33,000 nt of DNA from Glycera tridactyla (lineage: Eukaryota). The notes under the pieces are model-generated. The model ran no database searches, was not told where the DNA came from, and saw only the letters and a program-made list of their open reading frames with translations. The translations under genes were made by a program, and so were the position numbers. Positions 24,500 through 33,000 of this stretch are shown here, in pieces (position 1 is the first letter of the stretch; each line of letters starts with the position of its first letter). The DNA lies in NCBI GenBank assembly GCA_965644265.1, contig OZ286474.1:38967001-39000000 (forward strand), written 5' to 3'.

Positions 24500-25206
24500 C
24501 TTCAGATTTGAGATTAGACTGACTTCAGTTCGACCTATCATCACTCCACGACTGATTCGTTTCTGTAATCCCCATATTGTGCTAGTTGAGCCTGGAGACC
24601 ATGTAGAAATCAATGGCAACTTATCTGCTACTCAGGTCTACTTTTGTATCCGTTCCTTGGACATATTTCATCATACATTCAAAGCTATGCACCCAAAAGC
24701 AGAAAAACACATGGGAATTAGATTTAAATCTCCAGCCTCGGATAAAAAATGACAAAGATCCGAATATTGCATTGACAAGCTGAATTGTACCTACACAATG
24801 ACACAGATCTGAATGATTTATATCTTTTTTTCCGAGTAGATGCATCAGAATGGAACCTGTAGGCAATACCACTACACTCAACCCAGGTGAGAATGGGTGC
24901 TTGACTATGAACTGTGATGGTAATTGTAGAATGCTTAGCCCCTACAGTAAACTTCATTTGGGGTTGTGGACTGCTCGGGGAGACAAGAAAGACTCATGAT
25001 TCAAAAGGCCTTCCATGGAATGTAATCGTAAAATAGGGTGAACTTTCTATGGACACTGGACAGTAAACTAAACTGTTCAGACACAGATGTACATAACAAA
25101 TAACCTTATAGAGAGAAACATTCTCTACCATCACATAGATTCTTACATGCATGAAATAATGGGTAAACAATACGACTGGTTGGTGCTTGAAGATACAAAG
25201 AATCAA
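24500..25206 (-). pseudogene. Exon remnant C with CUB C-terminal-like motif RFHSDAS
   Basis: Track ORFs 24994-25206 and 24724-24957 are one frame split by a single TGA. It contains VFLVSPSSPQP, ITITVHSQAPIL and YRFHSDASTRKKRY (compare CUB V.FHSD.S...GF). It shares RY.S and RGW motifs with A and B, and catcacag/ctgtacc words with 9870-10020. Confidence 0.5.
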
Positions 25207-25727
25207 TAGGTTGGTTGATCAGTTCCAATCAGTCACGATTCTTCATGGAACTGACCAGTTGAATGGACCCACAGACATCTGGCAGTAAAATTGATATTTT
25301 TCGCTGGCAACAGTAAATGCCACAGTAGCCATTGCTGATGACGAAATGTGGATGCATTTTGAAAGCTTCTACAAATTGCAATTTTCACTGTGAGTAGTGA
25401 GAATCTAATTGAATTCCAGATGACATTTACTTCGTGGAGCATATGGTTGTGAAGCAGTCATCCAACAAGGCACAGCATGAGTATCACTATTGGTATGCAA
25501 GATAATGAGTTGACAGACATATACTGCATTACTGCCATTAACCAATTACTGGTGAGGTGAACAAGCTTATCATCGGTCAGTCAAGTGGGCAATTAGCCAG
25601 GATTTCCCTCATTGACTCTCCTGATGTTGAAGCTTGTCTGAGACTGTCAGTTTTCAGCAATTTCCGAAATTTAATTTTTCACCCAAATTTCTGAAATTTC
25701 TAAATTTTTCAGAAAATTTCCATCACT

Positions 25728-25757
25728 GTCTCTCCCTCTCCCTCTCTCTCTCCCTCC
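25728..25757. repeat. (CT)n microsatellite
   Basis: Visible repeat. Confidence 0.85.
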
Positions 25758-25905
25758 TATCTTTCACTCACTCCATCACTCTACTTACTCTGAGAGTGAT
25801 GACGGCAGTATTCCCAAATATCAACTGCGCAGATTTGGAATATCTGGCAGTAATCATTTGTGTGAAATTCCAAAATTTGAGGCAAAAAATAGTAATCATC
25901 ACTAT

Positions 25906-28900
25906 CGGGTAAAACACAATCAGGGGGTACATTTTCATTCTCCCTATGTTACGTGCAAATAAAAAAGTATATGTGCATCTGAAGAAAGTGTTTTCTGTCT
26001 CCAATTCACATACAGGGTCATGATAACCAAGTGCAGTCATTTCAAACCTACTGTAGAAAGGTTCACCCATCATTAAACTATGGTGTATGCAGCTTTTGGG
26101 GTAATTTTTCGTCGTTACGGTGTAGCAAATTTATTTACAGACTTTTTGCATTGCATTTTTCAATAATATTGCTGTCCCTCTTTGGAGAGAAAATTCTGCA
26201 AAACAAACCAAAATTTTCTCATCTTCACATCGCATTTTGAATTGAAGAGCTGCTATCGATGAGACCGAAATACTTGGTGGTTAAGTAAAGCTACCTGTTC
26301 GTTACGGAAATTCGCTTAGTTTACAACATCTGCAAACATCATTCATGTTAATCAAAAAAGTGTGAGCTCAGGATCTATTCAAGTCATCATTTGTTTGAGC
26401 AAACATGTTTGGAAGAAGATGGAACCAAAGATTCACAGATCAAGACATCATAGTGAAGCTGATGGGGTCAGCCTTGCTTGTGTTTCATCGGCATCAACAT
26501 TTTCAGTGTCTGTAGCCCTAAGCTATTTCTCCAAGATTTACTGTTAAACTCCAGAAATACTATGGATGAAATATAGCTACTGTTTGCCTAAAACAATATA
26601 TGACATGGAAACTTTAATAGCTGTCATCCCTTTTTCTTGCAGATGATAAGTTTACATTCAGTGTCCGTAGCCCCTTTTCAGTGTCCGTAGCCCCACAGTC
26701 TTCAAGACACAATAAGAAGTCAAAACGATTAAATGAGATTGAGTGATCATGAAGAATTATCCATGCAATCAAGAACCATTAATTGCATGGGAAATTTCTG
26801 TGATTATTTTGTGATTTTGCATATTTCATCCAAATTTTCAGTGTCCGTAACCCTTATCTGTTTCTCCAATATTTACTGGTAAACTCCAGGAAAACTATGG
26901 ATTCTGAGTAGCTGCTGTTCACCCAATGTCACAAATAACATTGAGAGTTTGACTGCTCCCATCCCTTTCAATAACAGTCAGGTAGGTTTAGGTTGACTTT
27001 TTCAGTGTCAGTAGCCCCCCCCCCCCCCTCACAGGTGTTACCTAGTCTTCAAGGCACAAAATGAAGTCAAAATGATTGAATTAGTTACAGTGGGCATAAT
27101 GAATTATTTTCACAATCCAGAAGTTTTATTTGTATAGAGAATTTTTGAAATCATCTGGCAATTATGCATATGGTTCATACAGAGTTCTCACGATAAAATT
27201 CCAGAGTTTTTCCAGAACATTTCCAGTACACCATGAAGAATTTCCAGAACACACACAACCAATAAATTCATGGTTTTCGAGATGAATGCCTCATAATTAA
27301 TGGTGATATCATATGTGCAGCACCAGCGATGAGAGGTAGTATGTCTAAACCACTAAGTTTTCTGGAAGTCTCCATTGTGATGGTGAACACGATTTTTCAT
27401 GTGCACATCTTGGTGGTCATTTGAGATCTATCGGAACTATTGATGCCTACAGTGTGCACTGTCAATCAGCAAAAATGAGTGAAATTACTAGGTTTTTGCT
27501 GATCTCCAGAACATAGGTATGAGTTCCAGAGTGCAAATCTCAAAATTCCAGTATTTTTTCAGAACAACAAAGTGAAAAACATGTTTTCCAGAACATTTCC
27601 AGTATAGGTAATGATTTCCAGAACATTTCCAGAGTCAGTGCGAACCCTGTGTATAGTTGTGGGTCATCTGTCAATATGAATCATCAAAAAATAGCGATAA
27701 GACCTTAAGTCATTCTCCTGTCCATGCTGATAGGGCTCTTTCAAATGATGTCATTTGAAATAGTCCCCTCATGTTCATAGGGCCTTGTGAGACCTCTCAA
27801 TCAGAATATGATCTGTTCTACTCAATCTACAAGTATACTTGCTTTTATATGGGAGATTAATTGTGTGTGGGCACTTTTACTTCCACACTCACACTTTGGC
27901 GGTATTGAGGCAGCTCAGTCAGCATTTAATGTTGCTGATGATGCATGCATGAATACAGCAATGACTAGTGATGTGCACCCCCCCCCCCCTCTGAGTTGAA
28001 CCCAAGATGAAGGCATCTTGTTGGCCTGTAGCTGCCCAACAGTTGGCTCTTTCTTTCTCATTGAGCAAGTTTGCCAGTATGTCTCTCAGTGCACTTGTTT
28101 CTTCAAGGCTAGATTTGATCATCAACAATTTTGATAGGATTCACAAAGGAATTGCTGTGCATTCCTCATTGTTCATCATGGTTAGTTTCTGAAAGCACAT
28201 TTCAAAGGTTAGAGCATGTATTTGTGTATGAATTTGTCTTCAATTGAAAATTCAGTGTCGGTGGACCTCATGTGGGTTCAACGCTTTGTATTGCATGAGT
28301 CAAAGCTCAGAGTTTATTTCCTGCTGCTGAGATATGCCACAGATTCAAGTTATCTTACACCTCTGGCTTCTGTATTAGCATTACATCTTCAGTTTGACTG
28401 TCTCAGTCATTCTAGGATGTATCACCATGTGTCTGTGTCCCATCACCTAAATTCTTGAAGATGTGTAAGAAAGATGACTGAACTTGATGTTTTATGGTCT
28501 TTTTAGCACACTTGAGTAGATTTTCTATCCCATGATTGAAATTCTTCAAGAAGTAAGCATATAAATCGAATTGTATGGTCCATTCAGTTGAAAATTCAGT
28601 GTCCGTAGCCCACCCCCGATTTGCTGCTTATATCCATACAGGGCCAAAATCATGGTTTGATGACCATTTGTCTGCCTCTAATCTGTTAGATTACCATATT
28701 CAGAACATGGTATAAGTTTTCTTTTGAAGTAATCTCAGGATGCTGTCAATGTATCATGATTGGAAATATGAAGAACATTTTAATTATTCTGAAACTGGGG
28801 TATTTTAGCCATTTTCATGGCAGTTGTATGGCTGTGTTAGTTTGGGTAGGTTTTTTGCCAATGACCAGTGTATCCAATCTTTAATCCATAACTTTTTTTC

Positions 28901-29147
28901 AGAACTGCATGAGAAATAATTTCTACATGTATCCATTTAATTAATTTTTCAGTGTCTGTAGCTCCCAAACACTGATTGATTCAAGATATCATAACTTTCT
29001 GCATGCATGATATTTAGATGGGAAAACTTCCACGATACTTCCCCACATATTGGGGAAACTTTTGTTAGTGAATTCATAGGAATAGATCATACTTCAATTT
29101 TTCACAAATCTGCTACACCCATGTGCCCCCTGATTGTGTTTTACCCG
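25906..29147. mobile_element. 3.24-kb non-autonomous DNA transposon with 27-bp TIRs and a 3-bp TAT duplication
   Basis: CGGGTAAAACACAATCAGGGGG(T/C)ACAT at 25906-25932 and inverted at 29121-29147 (26/27), with TAT on both flanks. A subterminal GGTGTAGCA.ATTT occurs at both ends. No transposase ORF recognised. Confidence 0.8.
27180..27649. mobile_element. Nested CAGGG-type MITE inside the 3.2-kb element
   Basis: CAGAGTTCTCAC vs GTGCGAACCCTG TIR (10/12), with TTCCAGAACATTTCCAG subterminal repeats at both ends. TSD not clear. Confidence 0.6.
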
Positions 29148-30602
29148 TATGGTTGAAAGCTGTGCCATCATGTAATCCGATATGAAACAACTGCACACAA
29201 TTGTATTTGGTATAAAACCCCAATTTTGCTGAATTTGTGAGTGTGACAACACCACCATCATACTCCATAGCAAAGACGCAGAGTCAGTATATTACCGATC
29301 TGCATTATTATTTGTGACCAATTACAATGGGGCAACGTCAAGCACAGAGTTCAAAACAAACATGAAATAGCCACCTCTATTTGCCAAGATAGATCCCTGG
29401 CTTTGATAATTGCAGGAAACCAGATGGATAATGACAGATCCCCCTGAGAAGGGCAGCAAATTGAGTTGCTCAGAGAAGTGCTTTTGTAAGCACATCCTTC
29501 TGTAAGCATATTATTCGGTTTACCCACAGCTTTGCAACCTGTTTTCATCCACCCTTTCCCTATTGGACCAAATTCCAAAATGTTGTTGAAAAAATGTAAT
29601 TTTCACCCAAACTGCCATGCTCTTTCTCTTGGATATTATGCTAAAGCTTCAGAAATCCACCTTCTGCAACAACTGTAGAGGCCCAAATTTCAACAATTGA
29701 AGACTGATCATATAATTTTCCAACATGCAAGCAAGGTTTCCATTGCACATTCTTAAATTCAGAGAAGCTAAATCACATCTCAATTTGCTGGAATGTACAC
29801 ACAACCTTTTTTCAGCTCAGGGGTACCTGATAAGAATTGGTTCAATTTCACAGATCTAAAAATTTCACAGTCCGCCAAAATTCACAGTTATCTGAACCCG
29901 TATTTATCTAACTTTACTTCTCTGCATCACATGGACACAGGGATAATCTTATGCTGTGCCCTGTGGCAAATGGCACATAAAGTTGTGAAAGGAAACATCT
30001 AACCATGTATCTTGTGCCCAGAAGGCACATGGAATTTTCCACTCTTTGACATGATTACAAGTTTGAGGCACACACAGATCTGAAATGGCACATGAAATCT
30101 TCATCAATGTGCCTGAAAGACCCATACATATTCCTGAGCAAGAAAAACCCTGAGGACAGATACAAAAACCTGCACATGAATGTGTTATCGATTAGCCAGG
30201 GGTAAAGCATTTTTTAATTGGCTAAAGAAATTGACGAGATTGATCTCACTGGCTAAAGTGAAGTAGGCTAGAGCAGATAAGATGAATTGTATCATTCTGC
30301 ATAGCTCATGCCATCATGAGAAATTTGTTATTCAAATATATATCATCTGGGAGATGGAAAACAGAATTGTCATGCTTCAGACTCATCAACAGTTTGAGAT
30401 GAAAATGATGGCAAAACTAAAATCAATTCACAATGATTTTCGACTAAAGTATGAGTGATTTGGCTGAAAAGTGCAATAGCTGCTTCAGCTGAATTAGTTA
30501 CAAGAGATATTGTACTGGTGCTAATACAGCACAGAACAATAGTAATTATGATGGTGGCAGATGCAATAGAAAGTAGAGATATTAATATCATCCTGATAAT
30601 TT

Positions 30603-32214
30603 CATATATGGCCAATTCTCCCAAATTGGGGCCAAAAAATGGCAGATAGGGTCACTTTTTCAAACAATCCTGTTTGATAAACCATTATTGCCATGCAGTT
30701 CCACCACTTGTTGGGTCTTCATAAAAAAAAAATCGGGGAGATCTGCTGATCCAAAAAAAAATTATCACTGTTTTCATGAGTGGGGGTCGTCAGCCGTTGC
30801 TTATGTTACTTTTTCATAAGAATCTCTCAAAAACACTCATAAATTGCTCAGAATTAACATTTATCATTATAAATCAATAAACTTTGTTCCAGGATGTCAT
30901 TCTACACTACTTATTTCTTTCTCAAGGTCAGTCATTCAAAAAGATTTGAGCCAGAAATACAATGTCCGTCCTCAATCCTCAGGCGCTGTCTTTAAGTTAT
31001 TTTTTCTAAGCAATTACAATAAGCATAACTACCAAACTCATTATTCCAATTGAATACATATTGATGAGATGATGGGAACAGGGTTTTGTCATTCTCTGAA
31101 AAAGTTGGGAAGTATTGAACATCATCTCATATGTATGTTATTTTATGTGACGTATGTTACTGCTGACGCCATTTTTTTTACACCCGAGTTATCTCATGTA
31201 AATTTCATTCAGTAATTGCCACCAAAAGTAGCTAGTAGCTACATTTATCTTCACAGTAATCTAAATTTACATAATATCATTGAATAGGCTTGAAAACATT
31301 TGGACTTTCCAAGTTATCTGATTTATATGACCACTCTCAAGAAAAAAAGTCAAGGATAACATACATATTGGGTTGTAGCTCATGCAGATTATGTCAAAAT
31401 AACATACATACGCTCACATCATCCATATTCCTATACCACAGTGATCATTTATGACTATCAGTGGATGAAAAAGCATGGATCATCCAAATGTTGAGCAACC
31501 GTCCAACAAGGTCAACTTTATCCTGAGATCCTTTGGCTTAGTATCACCTAGTATATATGTATGTTATGCAAAGATGGCACCTGTTGCTTGTAAACATGCT
31601 AAAACTCTGACCATAGGTATGTTATCCATTGACGGAAATGTCACCCTTTGAGTGCCAAATCATTTTTTAGAGGTTGTTTATCACCTTGTTGATTCTTTTG
31701 AGCACTGGGTTGTTCATTGTAACAATATTTTCAAATGATCTGATGGTGATACACGAGTTGATTCATAGCAGAAGTCAGTGGGATTGAATGTTGAACTTGC
31801 ACTCAAAAATTGACGGAATGGTAGTAACATACTGTGACGCAGTTCAAAGATATCAGGGAGCTATTTATCTCTAGCATTTGACATGTCCCAAGGTTTTAAA
31901 ATAAAGCCCTGCTATTGATTGTCAAGACTGAGTATGTTTGAGATCTTGGGATTATCTCAATTTGATATAGCACATCACCAAAGTAGGGTGGGGTCTGGTG
32001 TTACATTTTGTGCGGTCAAAAATGGCCAATCTTGGCCATTAAATTGCCTCTAACTTCACCAAAATTAGAGATATTCCTATCAAAATTGGACCAACTATAG
32101 TTTGAATCACATTACATCAGTCAACATGTCCAAATTCTGGTTGAAAGCTGCTGGATTTACATAAGATACGTTTTTCGGTAGCTGGCCCCAATTTCGGAGA
32201 ATTGGCCATATATG
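30603..32214. mobile_element. 1.6-kb element bounded by 32-bp inverted repeats
   Basis: CATATATGGCCAATTCTCC(C/G)AAATTGGGGCCA at 30603-30634 and inverted at 32183-32214 (31/32). The TA-rich palindromic junction leaves the TSD (TA, TATA or AT) ambiguous. Confidence 0.65.
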
Positions 32215-32706
32215 AGGAACTCATCTAGCCCGATAATTTTATATAGGGAGCTTATCTAGCTTTGTATATTGCGAGAACATTCAGGAGAAAAATGATGCTA
32301 CCACGCTCTTGCATGATGGATCTGAGTGGCGATTATTGGCCGTCCGATGAAAAAGTACTTGTCGATGAAAAAAGTACTCGTCATACTTGGGCATAATCCT
32401 ATCCATTCACCCGCATGTGAACCGGCTGTTCTACCAATAAAAAGCATGACACAGCCATCAGTAAATGACACCATGACAAACTGGGCAAATAGTTACACTC
32501 GTGTACTATGTTTGTTATGAACTTGAGTAATGACTCCATGTTCGAACATTGGCCATAATTTCCAGCATGATAACACAATTTACTGAAAACAATGCATTCC
32601 TTATCTATCTCTCTTTATCGTCCTCTTTGTTCTTGACCACTGTTTCACCCTTTGTACTTTGTATTATTACACATTTGCTGCTTCTAATGGACATTCATCC
32701 TCTCAC

Positions 32707-32911
32707 CTGAGGCAAATGAAATTCAATGTGGAAGATGGAAATTCCAAAAGCAGTTGCCCACACTCATGATTGAATTTGAATGTTCGATAGATATTCGAAT
32801 GAATTTCCCCTTTTCTGAGGGGTATCATGTACATATTTTCAACATCATCACCAACCAAACAGATGCCATCTTGAAGAATCTGCCTTTGCCCAGCCTCGCA
32901 AGATTCTATAC
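32707..32911 (-). CDS. Candidate open internal exon (205 nt) of a further paralog or upstream module: GIESCEAGQRQILQDGICLVGDDVENMY...NFICL
   Basis: tattttatgcag acceptor and ctcag|gtgaga donor, with 67 stop-free codons. The N-terminal C..G..Q..L..G pattern resembles the CGQGEMQKCMLSTG start of exons A and B. It may equally be a pseudo-exon. Confidence 0.4.
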
Positions 32912-33000
32912 CTGCATAAAATATGCAAAAGAGGTGGCATGGATAGAGAAAGCCTTTTCCGCAATCTTAGTGAAACAAATATGAAATCCATGCATCAAGA

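Larger units (their letters stand above)
14849..30600 (-). pseudogene. Copy 2 of the duplicated multi-exon gene, interrupted by MITEs and a 3.2-kb TIR element
   Basis: Same collinear anchors as copy 1, plus weaker ones (12330-12380 vs 29365-29430; 13700-13760 vs 30385-30440). It has longer open stretches than copy 1 (17863-18273; 24724-25206 with one TGA) but is still disrupted by in-frame stops and frameshifts. Confidence 0.65.

Noticed and set aside
10282-25346. Hammerhead-like CTGATGA...GAAA cores (about 10282 and 25335)
   Set aside because: No flanking stems I/III or cleavage triplet could be built; the short word is expected by chance.
9230-28553. Plus-strand candidate mini-exons (9230-9293, about 13916-13982, 22961-23020, about 28520-28552)
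   Set aside because: Short open frames with GT/AG are expected by chance. They cannot be chained into a coherent protein, and paralog conservation supports the minus strand instead.
26503-28964. CRISPR-like array from the repeated 16-bp motif
   Set aside because: The repeats are too short, the spacers are 4-1250 bp and related to each other, there are no cas genes, and the context is a eukaryotic transposon.

Overview
AT-rich (about 38-40% GC by eye), CpG-poor, repeat-laden eukaryotic DNA with spliceosomal intron signals and two N gaps. It is most consistent with an invertebrate animal genome (inference only). I found no intact, confidently nameable gene, rRNA, tRNA or CRISPR array, and most ORFs in the supplied track look spurious. 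The main hidden structure is an old direct tandem duplication of a multi-exon minus-strand gene: copy 1 spans about 1-14.4 kb and copy 2 about 14.85-30.6 kb. It is supported by collinear exon remnants offset by about 14.2-14.9 kb, or about 17 kb beyond a 3.2-kb transposon found only in copy 2. Both copies carry stops and frameshifts. The remnants have CUB-like motifs and one EGF-Ca-like motif, suggesting a cubilin/tolloid-type modular extracellular protein (tentative). The introns hold many non-autonomous DNA transposons: a TA-flanked CAGT MITE family, hAT MITEs with perfect 8-bp target duplications, 3.2-kb and 1.6-kb TIR elements, and a CpG-rich MITE with a bidirectional-promoter-like core. 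All alignments were done by eye, so exon boundaries are approximate unless a splice site is quoted.
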